A stretch of 63,554 bases of DNA, filler included, from Octopus bimaculoides (taxonomy: Eukaryota), in assembly GCF_001194135.2 (NCBI RefSeq). It is 4 parts of 4 records of this genome, joined end to end, with 100 filler letters (N's around TTAATTAATTAA, not from the genome) between each part and the next. Parts side by side here need not be neighbours in the genome. Positions count along the whole stretch, not along the records: positions 1 to 26,411 come from NC_068981.1; positions 26,512 to 40,515 come from NC_068997.1; 2 more parts are not named here. One strand, written 5' to 3'. Positions within the stretch are counted from its first letter, which is position 1; every line of letters begins with the position of its first letter. Below are positions 14,375 through 27,931 of this stretch, piece by piece. The notes beneath the pieces were generated by a model that was not told where the DNA came from, did not search any database, and was given only the letters and a program-made list of their open reading frames with translations. A program made the translations under genes and the position numbers.

Positions 14375-15024
14375 CATACTTCTGGGAATGATATAGAAGT
14401 TCGCAGTTGCTAAATCTGGCGAATGGGGCAGGTACGGAAGCTATATCATGTGGTCTTTGGATAGAAACTCATGAGTGTGGAGAGCATGGGGAAGGATCCG
14501 GTCAATTTCGCCGAATATCATCATTCAAATATTTCAAAACGTTGCAGTAGAACTCTCGATTGAATATCTGGCCCTGGGGGACGAATTGTCGATGCACAAC
14601 ATAATATTTCGGGAGGTCATGACCTTAGCGGCTGTTCTAGATTAATCGTTGTATTACAGCGACTTTCTTCCTCGATTGAAGCGCTGTTGATATTCGATAC
14701 ATTTAGTACGACCCATTTCCTCGTCGTCGTAAGCTTGCCACACAATGCTCAATGAGTGGGTAGCAAACTTCCTAAGTTTAACGCACAATTTCACGTTGGC
14801 TCTTTGTTGGTGTACATAACAAAATCGCATACTACAGCATACACGTGATCAGAAAAACAAATTTCACAACTTGTTACGTTATCACGGCGATGTCACTCGG
14901 AACACTGACGTATGACGGTCATTGCTAGCTCTCACTGCTAGCTCTCTCTGCGCTAGCAATCGTGTGCTGCCATATGTTTGCTCGCTACAGACCTAGTCCA
15001 CAAACTTTGTTGTACCACTTCGTG
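14375..15024 (-). mobile_element. Internally deleted mariner transposon
   Basis: TIR-like cacgaagtggtacaacaaagtttgtggact. Frameshifted N-terminus resembles the mariner pattern EQR..VKFC.KL..SATET..AYGDE.M.RT.C.EW..RF; a downstream piece reads GQIFNREFYCNVL. Confidence 0.65.
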
Positions 15025-15065
15025 TGTATATTTACACACACATACACACACACACACACACATAC

Positions 15066-15098
<33 letters not shown>

Positions 15099-15410
15099 NN
15101 NNNNNNNNNNNNNNNNNNNNNNNNNNNNNNNNNNNNNNNNNNNNNNNNNNNNNNNNNNNNNNNNNNNNNNNNNNNNNNNNNNNNNNNNNNNNNNNNNNNN
15201 NNNNNNNNNNNNNNNNNNNNNNNNNNNNNNNNNNNNNNNNNNNNNNNNNNNNNNNNNNNNNNNNNNNNNNNNNTATATATACATATATATATATACTCAC
15301 ATATATATATATATATGGATGATAGATAGATAGATAGAGAGATAGAGAGATAGAGAGATAGATAGATAGATGGGTAGGTAGGTAGGTAGATAGATTGTTA
15401 GGTTAGGTAT

Positions 15411-15484
<74 letters not shown>

Positions 15485-16409
15485 TGTGCGAGTGTTATCC
15501 TCTATATGCTTATGCGAATGAATTTGTATAAGCATATATACCTCTTATACCTCTTCGAAATTATATGTGTTCACTGCTATGGAATGTGTCTTCATGAAAT
15601 CTCATTAAAATTTTCGACAATTTAGTATAATTTTGATAAATGCCATTTGTTACTATAATGATGTAATTGTTGGAAATACACAAACATTATACTTGCTTCC
15701 TTCGCCGTTTATAAATCTTGCCTTATTTCGTCGCGGTATAGACATATATAGTAATAGGTAACGTCGTTAAGTATAAACCGTTATTAAGTGTCTCATAAAT
15801 AACGAACTGATATTAATTACAAAACACCAGCTGCTGTATGTAAAGGAGGAAATATAAGTTTCACAGTTCTGAAACACCGAAACTTTTCTATGGAAATTTA
15901 ATGTAGCTGTCACTTTAATATTGAGAATTATATTTAAAATGGTCATAGCTGACATTAAAATCGAAACACGGACTCACTTTCGGATATATAATGATAATGG
16001 GCCTTCATAACATTTATGTGTACATGAAAAGAAGCAACCTCGCTCAGACATACACACGTATGAATACCTATTGTCTAATATATATTATTTGTAATTGATT
16101 ATACTCGTAGAATATTACGTTCCTATATTCATATATCGTTCATACTGCATCATTATCTTTGATTTTAAGTTCAATAGTGTACAGAGTTTGTAATGTGATT
16201 AGCCGAGATTACGTAAAATAATTAACATGCATGTTTTCAATGATAGTTATATGTACAATAATGTTGTCAAACTTTATCCAGTTGTGTCATCTAAATATAT
16301 ACTTATAATGATTGTGTATATTTCGAAAATTGTGTGTGTCTAGCAATCAATGTATTTTTTGCTCACATTCTTGTCTGGCTCTATCAAGTTACTAAATCCC
16401 TTACTTTTT

Positions 16410-16630
16410 CTATGTATGTATGTATGTATGTATGTATGTATGTATGTATCTATGTACGTATGTATGTGTGTATGCATGTATGTATGCATGTATGTATGTA
16501 TGCATGTATGTATGTATGTATGTTTGTATCTATCTATCTATCTATCTATCTATCTGTCTGTCTATCTGTCTGTCTGTCTGTCTATCTGTCTGTCTGTCTG
16601 TCTATTTATCTATCTATCTCTATCTATCTA
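16410..16630. repeat. Compound microsatellite (TATG)n-(TATC)n-(TGTC)n
   Basis: Directly visible. Confidence 0.95.
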
Positions 16631-16789
16631 CCTATCTGTCAGCCTACCAATCTATATACGTACTGTATAAGCTGATGTCTGGGGGTTTATCTTTACATAC
16701 ATCATTGTATATAAGCAGCGATTGCCTCTATGTTTCTTTAAACATGGGAATACTGATTTCATGGGTGTTCTAAATGAAATGCATGTTTC

Positions 16790-18900
16790 TATTCTCTTAT
16801 TCTGTTATCGATTTCAGTCAGATGCTCTGGGCATACTGGGCGCCGTTATTACCACTAATGTTCGGACATTTTAGACAAATTTCCCGTTCTTTCCACTGGA
16901 ATCGGTCCTGGCAAAGTTGTGAGTTGGCCAGAGCTGCTTTCTTTGCCTTTCTAGCGTTAGTGTTCACTTGGTATATCAGATAAAAAAATTGTCTTATTTC
17001 TTTCTAAACAATTCCACAACTACAACTCGGAGATGTCTGAGGCCTCTTCCCAAGGTATTGAATATTGAGGGCATTGGAACCCTATACTGTTACAGTATAA
17101 GGTTTTTACAGTGGATGAAGAATGTGGAATATTTGGTACTCTGTAGTGGTACTTGGCCCAATGATTGGTATAAATTCAATCGTAATATTCGTTATCCAAT
17201 AAAATTCCAAAATCGATTCAAGTTGTTCATTATTTTTCACTCTACAGAGAAATAGCCAAATTAGCACTGGTTATATACCAGCAATATAGGCTACATATAT
17301 TATATCGTACCTTGAAACTGTGGGCTGAGATCTACGTTGGCAAGCCTTTGATATAAATATAGTTAACATGCAGTGTATGCAAATTTGTAGCTCCAGTCTT
17401 CTGTAGCTACTGTAATTGTTGCGTATAAAAGCAGATTGGCAGCTTGCTTCTCTTGTATTCTCTGATGAGAATTTGATTCGAAAATCTAATGACGTTGTTC
17501 ATCATTTTTCACAGCATTTTTCTCGCACTGCTTGTCTCCAAGTTTTCAGCCTCAGCTCTTTTAGCGTACCATATAGTCTGTGTGTCGCTGATGCAATCTC
17601 GATGTATATACACTCCTTGTATGTTGCGTTCAAATATTCCTGTAGGTTTCAGATGCTCTCAATGGCCTTGTTTTCTTGTAATATCATCAGTATATCTGAT
17701 GAGAATAAGTGACTGCATGGCTCTACGCATATGCGATAGAGCTAAGTGAGATCATAGAGACAAGTCTTTAATCCTTAGCATCTTCTCCACTCCTTTCTTT
17801 GAGCATATGATACCTTATTTTAATATCCTGGGATATTTGCAACTTGCAAAGAAGCTCTGCAAAAATATCTGCAAAGGTTTTTCCGAGAGTTTTCTACCAT
17901 ATCATTTAAAGAATAGCTGGAAGAAAATTAGCACCCGTCATTGGGTTCAAGTTCATCATAACAATAACTGATATTACATCCTCTTCTTTTATATCGATAT
18001 AATCAATGGTTGTCGCTTGTGTGGATTGCAGATTTTGAAGTCATCATCAGGTTTGCTTCTTTACATAGTTTCCTACGGAAAGGTGAACACAATTTTGAAT
18101 TATTTGTTGAGTATTTCAGTTAATCTCCTGGAGCCTGCAGTTAGAGAGTAATTTTATTCGAACGATGGTTCTATCTTGTAGCTACCTACGTACATTAAAA
18201 ACGAAAAAGGATAATTTCGCCTAACATATATAGGTAACCTGAGCAGTTAATACCATATTCCATATTAACATAATGTCGCATGTACAACTGCCTTCTATAC
18301 GTAGACTGATGTTAATTTTTATGGATTTCAACCTTTTGTAGGTTTTATGGATTTCAACGTTTTCTGTAACATTCTTGTTACAAGCAACTTGCAGCTGTCG
18401 AGGTGTTTTGTCAAAGGAGTTTGCGATCTCTTCTTTGTTCTCTCTATAATTTCATGTTCACGCCGGTCCTTGTGTTAATCAGTGCATTTTGTGCCAATTA
18501 GTTGCAACATTGTACATAACATCGATAAAGCTTTTGCCAGGTTATTGTGAAACATTTCTGATAAACCTGCTATTACTCATTTAGCGTAAACATTTTGTTT
18601 ATCTGATCCTTTGTCTTTTCTGTTATATCTATTTGATTTAAAGAAGAGCTTGATACTGATAAATGTTCCTATAGTTCATACTATATTGTGTCTTCTACTG
18701 GTAAAATCACCCAGCTTCTTAATACATTGGTAGTACAGAAACCAGCCTTATATTACGTCATATCGAAGCGATCACATATTGATATACGTAAAATTTGGTT
18801 CGTTGAATTAACTTTACTATTTCAAGAGAGCGGGAGAGTTAACGTATGAATGCAGTATGTATAAAAGAAGCGTCTATACAATATCTTTCTCAGAACTGCA
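16790..18900 (-). mobile_element. Old, heavily decayed CR1-group LINE
   Basis: Minus-strand remnants: C-terminus IFNTLGRGLRHL...FRKK*DNFLSDIP, a YTDD-like RT motif near 17690, and a GANFLPAIL region near 17930. The 5' extent is uncertain. Confidence 0.6.
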
Positions 18901-18999
18901 TTGCACCACGAGAATCCTTACAAGTTAGAATCAATGGGACACGTGTTGTAGAATTATACTCAAGATGGTAATATTGAAAACTAGAAGTATAATTTTGCA

Positions 19000-20963
19000 A
19001 TAGTTTGCGCAAGCTCATAAACAATGTGCATACTACTGGGCGCAAAGACAATACATGATTACAGAGGACAAATTAACAAACAGTACATTTGCGCATAGAT
19101 TACGCAATTCCCTATGACAGTAGAGTCAATATATTCTCAACAGAAACAAGAACAGTCAGATACTTGTGAATGCAATGTCCTTCCCACGTGAGGAATATAC
19201 AATTTAACTTTGACTAAGGGCTAGCGACTTTAGTATGAGAGCTAGAATAATGCAGAGACACAAAACGACATAGAAAAGGAGGTTATGGAATTTCAAAGTT
19301 CCTACATTTGATGAGAGGAGGAAAGAAATATAGATATATGACTCGAAAAACAGCTGGAAGTCCTTATGGTACGATCTACTGATGGCGACGGACCAAATCT
19401 GTGGTTAGTGAAAAGCTTATTCGAGTTTAAGGATGACAGGGTGATGGAACAGTGTAGTCCACAGGACCACAAAATAGAAGAGACGGGTTTGTAAACTGTG
19501 GAAAATTAAGGGTAGCAAAGAACCATAACAGATAGGCAGAAAGGGAAGTTAGGCGTCAGATTTATCTAGCTAAGGAAGAATCATAAAGGAAGAGGTTTGC
19601 TGAAGATCAGAGAGTTAACGTGTTCCGGAGTGGTAGACAATATGCTGGAGAGACTCAAGAATTGTGTGGGAGGGAAGTGTGTACATATGCGCATAGTAAT
19701 GGATGGTGTGCTTGCACTTAGAGGTTCTAAAATGTAAGAGACGCAGAAGAGCTATGAAAGGTTATAAAATAAGGAGAATAAATGGAAGAAAAGGAGTCTC
19801 ACCAATATGAACCCAATAGTGACCAGCTGTTTTAGTGAACAACAATTAAGATAAGGTAATTAAGATAGGGAAAGCCCAAGAAACACTGCTGAGGTGCTTA
19901 AAGTATCAGGTAGAATATGATACGGTGTAGTCCCCCATACAGTTAACCAGGTTATTCAGGAAAGCGTAATCTGCAGTGACTAATGTAACAGCACCATAGT
20001 CAGCTGCTACAAGGTAAGGAATTTTCTTTAGATAGAAATAATTATAGACGCATAAAATTGCTAGACCAGATAATGAAAGTTATTCTTAATTAGGAGCAGA
20101 ATTAGACTAGTGAAATGCAGCTTGGTGTTGTGTGGCTTTCATCCTATTTGACAGTCAGACAACTGCAAAAGCAATATTTAGCTAAGAATAAGCAGTTCTA
20201 CTTGGCATTTGTTTATCTGGAGAAACATTGAACAGAGTAACTCGTTCTCTGATATGGTGGTCTCTGAGGAAACTAGGGTTAGGCAATGACTTATGAAAGC
20301 AGTACAGGTCATGTTAGGGGTGCTGTTAGTAAGGTAAGAGTTAGCTATGTGTACAGTAACAAATTTAGTCTTCACCAAGCACGTGGGAACTATAATATGC
20401 GCTCATAGCAGAATCCGTAAGAGAGCAAGAAAAAATTCCAGGTTTCGAAAGAAAGCCTAGAATCAAAAGGTCTTACATTTTATTCAACAAAGACCAGGGT
20501 CAAAGTAAGCAAGAAACCCTACCTCTTTCAGGTAAATGGTTCTACTAATCGATGTGTAGGAAAGTGATAGGCAGGTATTTTGTACACAGTGCAATCCCTG
20601 GACACAAGACATATGCAGTGGAATAGTAGCAAAGTAAACAGAGACAATAGTGTTTGTATGTGAAAGATGTACAGGAGTCATAAAGACTCCAGATACGCAG
20701 AAAACTGATTTTCTCAAATGCCCTGGAGGCTTTCTAGAAGCAGTAGCTAACATTTGCTACCTAGATGACCTAATTAGCAGCGGAGGAGTATGTACCGTAA
20801 ATGAAATTGTTAGAAGAATAAGATGGAGAATGTTCAGATATTTCACCTCTATTGGCAACTAAATTTCTCTCTCTCTTTATTTCTCTCTACCTCTCTTTTT
20901 GTATGTGTGTGTGTGTCTCTCTCTCTTTGTCTCTCTCTCATTGTCTCTCCCTCTCTCTCTTTG

Positions 20964-21013
<50 letters not shown>

Positions 21014-21310
21014 AATGAAAAGTAAGTTGCATGATGCACGTATACGAGAAGTAATGTTATATTGTAGGGAGACGTGGCCCTCAATCCAGAGGTCATGCAA
21101 TGTCTACAGAGGAGTGAATCTAGTATGCTCCGTTGGATGTGCAATGTCTGCATTGTCGTTTGTATACTGAGCGAAAAGGGGTGTCCTTAGAAGATATGGG
21201 ACGAAGTAGTGAAGGACGATCTCGAAACGCTGAGCCTTACGAAGATGACAAATGACCTAGATATCTATATCTCGATACTTGCTGTACACAAGAATACATG
21301 CCCACCACAA
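19000..21310 (+). mobile_element. Heavily decayed RTE-clade LINE (EN end, RT, Cys-rich insert, C-terminus)
   Basis: Remnants of FPREE...SDF.MRAR (EN end), YLAFVYLEK...SLIWW, FVCERC...ICYLDDLISSGG, and DARIREVMLYCRETW. Homologous to the copy at 27932-29960; interrupted by a (CT)n tract at ~20865-21010. Confidence 0.75.
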
Positions 21311-21604
21311 CAGAATTGATTAAAAAAAGTACCAGTTGAGCGCTGAGGTCGATGTAATCGACTCATACCCTCTTTCCTGAAATTGCTGTCTTTATGCCAC
21401 AGTTTCAAATTTGCATTACAGTGGTACATTGTGTCAGTGATACATTACAGTGGTACACACATACTGATAAATGGGAAGACTGTTTCTAATTCAGAGATAA
21501 AACTCACTACTTTGAGGGAAGTCAGTTAGTCAATATCAGCTACCCAGATATTATGGAAGTACATGGTGAAGACACTGTAGAAAGGGTGAAAAGCAAAGTC
21601 TACT

Positions 21605-21687
21605 TCAGCGGAGTTTGAACTCAGATAGGCGAAATACGGCCAAGCATTTCCCCGGCGTGCTAACGAATCTTCCAGAGGGCCGCCTTT
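21605..21687 (-). mobile_element. SINE family A, 5' fragment
   Basis: gcggagtttgaactcaga...aagcatttcccggcgtgctaacg...ccgcctt. Confidence 0.7.
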
Positions 21688-22059
21688 GTACTCTACTAAT
21701 ATCATTTGGTGAAACGCTTGATGCAGTGTCAGGAAAAATATAAATCATTTCTTTTTTTTTTCCATATAAACCAACCATACTTATATATCATTACAATATT
21801 TTCTCCAAAATTATTTTCAAACGTGACGGATTTTATTTTCATCACAATGCATAACCAACATTTTCTTTGCCGTTGTTCAATATATGTCTAAGTATTCATG
21901 CAAATGTAAACATATGCATATATGTATATTTTTGAGAGAATGTATATATATGAATGCGAACAATTGTGTATCTGTACTACATATTAGTGACAAAGTTTCA
22001 TCAATTTGATTGTGATACAATGAGCAGCCACTCAGTGTCATACAAATGGACAAACATAA

Positions 22060-22400
22060 GCATTCGCATACACTGTTTGATTGCAGATGTAGAGGGTTTG
22101 TTGGACACAGTGTGAGACGACTGCTGTTATCGTTAGGCCTAACTCATCGTAAGGTAAATACCACCATGAGTGATAACCAAACTACAGTGGAGAAAGCTAG
22201 CCACTGGATTTGGTTAAAAAAGAGACGATGAGCGATGGCTAGAGAAATATTGAGCTTTATTTAATAACCAGTTGATCTAGCAAGTGGGACCTCATATCAG
22301 TGAGTGTGGGAGGGGGCGTGCGCATTGATGCCCTCGAGAGGTAGGTCCCGAACCAGCACGCATTCTCTCCTGATGACCCCATAAACTTGCTGGCTTCCGG
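22060..22400 (+). mobile_element. 3' end and 3'UTR of a HERO/NeSL-like (R2 superfamily) LINE
   Basis: ORF 22046..22231 reads CRGFVGHSVRRLLLSLG...EKASHWIWLKKR, matching the EVGCRGF...W.W.KR C-terminus of REL-type elements. Confidence 0.65.
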
Positions 22401-22987
22401 TATGCGGAGTTCTCCACTGGTAGCACTTGCATGTGCGAGTTGTTTGCGAGAAATGTAGGAGCGCTTTAACATCATTTTGTGGGTTTCTATGCGTATTTAA
22501 ACGTGTGTTTAAATTATGGAAATCAATCAGAAATATTTCTTAATTGAACTGCTTACTGTTATCTGTATATTAATATTAAGACATTTCTACATATTACGGA
22601 ATATTAATACGTATGTAATATATAATCTTGTGGGCATATCTGTATCTCTGGATGTTCGTTTGTGAGTAGATGTATATGTATATTTGTATCTACCCAATGT
22701 ATTTTTCTGTATACTTTTCTGTGTGCATTTGCGTATCTTCGAGTCTATTATGTGTTTTCTGTTTTGTATATACTTTACATTCTTCAGAAAAATCTGGAAA
22801 TTATATATATATATATTTTTTTTTTATCATATTTTAGTCAATTCCTTTATTCTTACAAAATTGCCCCTCGGATAAATATTTTGTACTGCGGTAAACAATT
22901 AATATCGAATATTTTCTTATCTGTGCTGTATTTTGTCTGCTTTTCGATTACCGAATTCTAGCTACAATTGGCAATTGGCATACTTAC

Positions 22988-23062
22988 GAGTATCGAGCAT
23001 TTGTCTTAGGAATTTAAATACAACGAACAACTTGAGATATTGGGAAATTGTGATCGAAATTC
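22988..23062 (-). CDS. Candidate 75-nt symmetric phase-1 exon (ISITISQYLKLFVVFKFLRQMLDT), unidentified
   Basis: Acceptor gagtttttgcAG, donor CTC|GTAAGT; only one frame is open. Confidence 0.22.
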
Positions 23063-23459
23063 CTGCAAAAACTCAAGAGCACTTCAGGAAACGTTTCTTA
23101 CATTACTAAATAACTACTACTTGTATACTTTATGCAATAAGTAGGAAATTACAGCAGGAACTAAGTTCGATGCAGCAATGTTTTGTTTACACCAAGTGGG
23201 ATGAATATGTTTCGAACATATTATCTGTTAAGGCCTACTTAAAACGGGATTATAAATAAAGACCCGCCCTTGTAAACATGCTTATAATAAATTCGTGAAC
23301 CAAAGATAAAAAAAGATAAAGATTTACAGAAATATCCGATATTCATGTATTTCGATTAAATACGTGTATATTTGTTCGATGTTAAATTATACACTTCGAT
23401 ATGTATAAATGTATATACGTGCGCACATGCACGCATACACAGCCACAAATATACACACA

Positions 23460-23507
<48 letters not shown>

Positions 23508-23619
23508 TATATGTATATCTATATACATATATAATGGAATCTCCCGTCGAATACGAATATAAGTGTTTGTTTTTTGCTGAAAGGTCAGCACAAATGATTT
23601 GTCATATTGATCAAGTGAA

Positions 23620-23818
23620 TGTAGATTAGTTCACTCTCTCCATCAAATCGACGTTACCTGAATAGAAGTACGTTGTACCACAAGTAAGATGTTCAACTGA
23701 TCGCAGACCGACGTGCGATTAAATGATTTACTCCAGAAAACATCACACCACATGATCCAAAAACTGAAACCGCGATCTCTCGTGAGTGTGACACCCTAAA
23801 CACTAGGCCATGCACCCT
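23620..23818 (-). mobile_element. Degraded tRNA-headed SINE
   Basis: actgaaaccgcgatctctcgtgagtgtgacaccctaaacactaggccatgcac is the reverse of a tRNA-like A/B-box head. Confidence 0.55.
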
Positions 23819-24168
23819 TACATACACATACACACACACACACGCATACACACATACACACTTATATATATANNNNNNNNNNNNNNNNNNNNNNNNNNNN
23901 NNNNNNNNNNNNNNNNNNNNNNNNNNNNNNNNNNNNNNNNNNNNNNNNNNNNNNNNNNNNNNNNNNNNNNNNNNNNNNNNNNNNNNNNNNNNNNNNNNNN
24001 NNNNNNNNNNNNNNNNNNNNNNNNNNNNNNNNNNNNNNNNNNNNNNNNNNNNNNNNNNNNNNNNNNNNNNNNNNNNNNNNNNNNNNNNNNNNNNNNNNNN
24101 NNNNATATATATATATATATATATATATAGTGAGAGAGAGAGAATGAGAGAGAGGGAGAGACAGACAG

Positions 24169-24202
<34 letters not shown>

Positions 24203-24644
24203 ACAGAGACAGAGACAGAGAGGGACAGAGAGAGACAGACAGAGAGACAGAGATAGATAGATAGATAGATAGATAAGCACAGAGTGAGAGATGCGTGTGT
24301 TTGGGGTGTGTATGACTGGATGCTTGTAGCAGATCGTTAGAGCGTGGGAAAGATGACGTTTAGTATTTAGTTACGACCCTTTAACCTCACAGTCGCAATA
24401 TGCTTGATGGCAACTTTGCTTTTTATTCGACATATGCAGTGGATTTCATATCAGTGACTTCCATTCGACCCTAATTTTCTCGTTAGTTATAGAATATACT
24501 GACTGTATGACAAACATGTTCGGGTTTCTAGACAATTTCAAGTTTAAGCCAGTTAAGAATTGTTACCCGGAAGAAGAAAACTATCCATCGCATTGGCGAA
24601 AGATAATGAATGAAGGCTCAATATAGATTATAACAAATTTATGA

Positions 24645-24836
24645 TTTAGGGTGACCTGAAAAGTTCTACGTTTTAAATTTGTCCAGAAAGGCCCGGTTGA
24701 AGACCCCAAATTCCGAGTTCTTTTACAGCAATAAATGTGTATTGGAGGCGGAAATATCTTGAATGAAATAATAGTTAACTTATGCACCTGTATTTTCTTT
24801 TAAACAAAGCCAGGAACTTTTCGCAATCTCGTCGTA
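24645..24836. mobile_element. Mariner-derived MITE
   Basis: Ends agggtgacctgaaaagttc and ccaggaacttttcg...cgta are inverted. It shares ccgagttcttttacag and cctgtattttctttt...aaagccaggaactttt with 62820-62991. Confidence 0.6.
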
Positions 24837-25136
24837 TTAATTAAACTAAGAGGAAAAATATAGGTTTCGCAAAATATGTGTGCAATTATGTTCGAAAATA
24901 CGGTAATACATACACACATACATACATACATACACACATACATACTTACATACATACATACCTGCATGCCTGCATAGACGCCACATAAACTCATCGAAAC
25001 AGTTTCTACTTCAAAACTTACAGCCTTGATCATAGGCCTGTATGAACACATTAGCTTATAGATGTTTCTTTGGAATAATAAAAGACGTCATAATGTACAC
25101 AGGTTGGACTAATCACAACCGTAGTCAGGCTCGTAA

Positions 25137-25184
<48 letters not shown>

Positions 25185-25432
25185 NNNNNNNNNNNNNNNN
25201 NNNNNNNNNNNNNNNNNNNNNNNNNNNNNNNNNNNNNNNNNNNNNNNNNNNNNNNNNNNNNNNNNNNNNNNNNNNNNNNNNNNNNNNNNNNNNNNNNNNN
25301 NNNNNNNNNNNNNNNNNNNNNNNNNNNNNNNNNNNNNNNNNNNNNNNNNNNNNNNNNNNNNNNNNNNNNNNNNNNNNNNNNNNNNNNNNNNNNNNNNNNN
25401 NNNNNNNNNNNNNNNNNNNNNNNNNNNNNNNN

Positions 25433-25468
<36 letters not shown>

Positions 25469-26370
25469 ATAAATGAGTCTGAAATGGGCTTTTGGTACTT
25501 TTTACTCCATAGTTACTCAGGACAGATACTTAGGGATTTTTTTCAGTCATAGAATAGTTTAGGGCTTGTGTTACCAAACACCTAGTACGGTTTTATGTTG
25601 CTCCAGAATGTATTTTTCACATTCGGTTTTGGATTTTGTCGCAAATGAATATGCCCTATACTTCACGAAATCTAATTTTCTTTATTCTGTAGTTTGTAAC
25701 AACACTAATCTTCCGTTATCACTTCGAAGAATTTATAGTCAGTGAGATAGAAAAAAATATTGCTAAAGAGAAAGTCGTATCAGAGTACCTGCAATTGAAA
25801 TATAGGACACCACTGCTGTCTTTTCTTGACATTACGAGCCTTGCTATTTACTGAATACTCCCCGCATGACGTTCTTAAACAAACGTGAAGTACCCAATTT
25901 TCAACGCATATTCATTAATTTTTCTCATTCTTCTTTTAAAAATTGCAGCTTCCACTTCATTCTATCGCATTCGTGCTGTTTCCATCTCAAGTATTGTAAT
26001 TTAGTGCAGAAGTAGTGATGTTAAAGTACTGGGTATGCCACGAGATTTATTCTACTAAAAATGCCTTGCATGACCCTCGATCATATTCCATGTGCCTTTG
26101 TATCATTCAGCATATTCATACGGAGAAGACATGATTACGGCTTTAATATACAAATACACTTCCTATGATAAAACTGGTACATTTGAGAAATGCTACATAT
26201 AACTGGAATATGGTATTAAAACTTTTAAGATGTACCCCACCATCATTCTGTTCAGAGCGTACATACTTTAGAAGATTAATCAATGTATGATTAATATAGC
26301 TCCCCGAAACTGGATGTAAACATAATTTCATGAAGTCTTTATTATTGTAACGCACACACACATTTACATA

Positions 26371-26411
<41 letters not shown>

Positions 26412-26511
26412 NNNNNNNNNNNNNNNNNNNNNNNNNNNNNNNNNNNNNNNNNNNNTTAATTAATTAANNNNNNNNNNNNNNNNNNNNNNNNNNNNNNNNN
26501 NNNNNNNNNNN
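26412..26511. other. Artificial scaffold-join spacer (44N-TTAATTAATTAA-44N)
   Basis: Exactly 100 bp, with stops in all six frames; identical at three places in the window. Confidence 0.95.
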
Positions 26512-26811
26512 AGTCCAGGGGCACTGGCAACGATCCCGCTCAAAAGATTTCATGTGCCGCCCGCACATGAGCCAGTCCAGGGGCACCGGCAACGATCTTG
26601 CTCGAAAAATCTCATGTGTCACCCGCACAAGAGCCGGCCCAGGGGTACCGTCAACGATCTCGCCCGAAAGATTTCATGTGTCGCCCGCACGAGCCAGTCC
26701 AGGGGCACTGGCATCGATCCCGCTCGAAAGACTTCATGTGTCGCCCGCACATGAGCCAGTCCAGGGGCACTGGCAACGATCTCGCTCGAAAGTTATCATG
26801 TGTCGCCCGCA
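26512..26811. repeat. ~62-bp minisatellite, at least 5 units, related to an RTE-associated 3'UTR module
   Basis: Unit agtccaggggcactggcaacgatctcgctcgaaagatttcatgtgtcgcccgcacatgagcc. Its reverse complement matches 31715-31770, and it is similar to 28110-28330. The left end is cut by the gap. Confidence 0.9.
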
Positions 26812-27931
26812 TTTATTGATTCATTATTATTGGAGAATATGGAGATGGCTTTAGCCACAGTTACAAAGGAATGATTGCTGTATTGCAAAGCAGAGATTAA
26901 TGTGAACAAGCCTTGAACATCATGACTATATAAAGTTACAGTGTATGGATTACAGGCAATATGAATACCCCACAGCAGTATGAATAAGTGGAGAAATTGG
27001 CTGAATAAACTAAATATATTGCAGTGCTGAGATTACTCTTTGTTACTTCTCAGAGTTTCATGCTTTACTGCTTTTACTGATTGTGTAACTAAATTATGAT
27101 CAACAACAAGAAGATATTTATAACAAAATATATATAGAAAATCAGTCAGTATTTTAGAACAATAATCTGTACATAGAATACAAATCAATTGATAAGGGAT
27201 TAACTTCTGTTATTGCAGAAGAAAATAGTTTACTTTTAACTCTTAACAATCTGTTGAAATTTTTCTAAGTCAGAAACCCAATCCTGTATTGATTCTGTTA
27301 CAGAACAGACATGAACAATAGAAGAAAGGATTAGAGTTTTCTCCTTTGCATCAAAGAGTGACTCACTTGTTTCAAAATGAATATAAGCAAAATTAAGATA
27401 TTTCAGGAGTGGTTGACCAGTGTAGCTCCATGTGGTACTGTGTCTTACTGGTACTTAAGAGTTAAGGCTGGAAGTCTTCAAAAGATTACTCTTTTTTCTT
27501 CTTTTTCTTTTGGATATGAAGAGTGAGCAGAATTTGGTTGCTGGTTTGGAAGATTTGGCTCTTGTAATGTTCCAAGTAATTGAATGTGGGATTAGAGCAT
27601 TTGAGGCTAAAGATGATTTTATACTCTGGTATGTGGTTTGTTTATTTTATCCATCCATAGTTAGAAATAAAGAGATTTTCAAAGCTAAAACTTAATTATT
27701 TTGATAATTCAAAATAGAAAATATATACATGATATATATGGTTTAAGTATGCAGTTAATATTTTGACTTTTCATCTGTAATTTGACTTGAATGATGATCA
27801 TTGGAGAACAGTATTTGCAGTGTTGAGTAGGCCATCAACCATCAAGGTGCATGATAGTCTTGATGATAAGGTCAATAGTGTTAACATAAGAGGAGGGAGT
27901 GATATTTTTGCATCTGAGGCTCATTAAACAT

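Noticed and set aside
17462-17495. CTGATGA-GAAT(TTG)ATTC-GAAA hammerhead candidate
   Set aside because: Core and stem II look right but stems I and III are absent, and it is antisense to LINE RT-coding remnants, so chance is likely.
22345-22385. GAAC...CTGATGA as a permuted (type II) hammerhead in the HERO-like 3'UTR
   Set aside because: The required helices cannot be formed.
26512-26811. CRISPR-like regular array
   Set aside because: The units repeat along their whole length with no unique spacers, there are no cas genes, the context is eukaryotic, and the unit is homologous to a LINE 3'UTR module.
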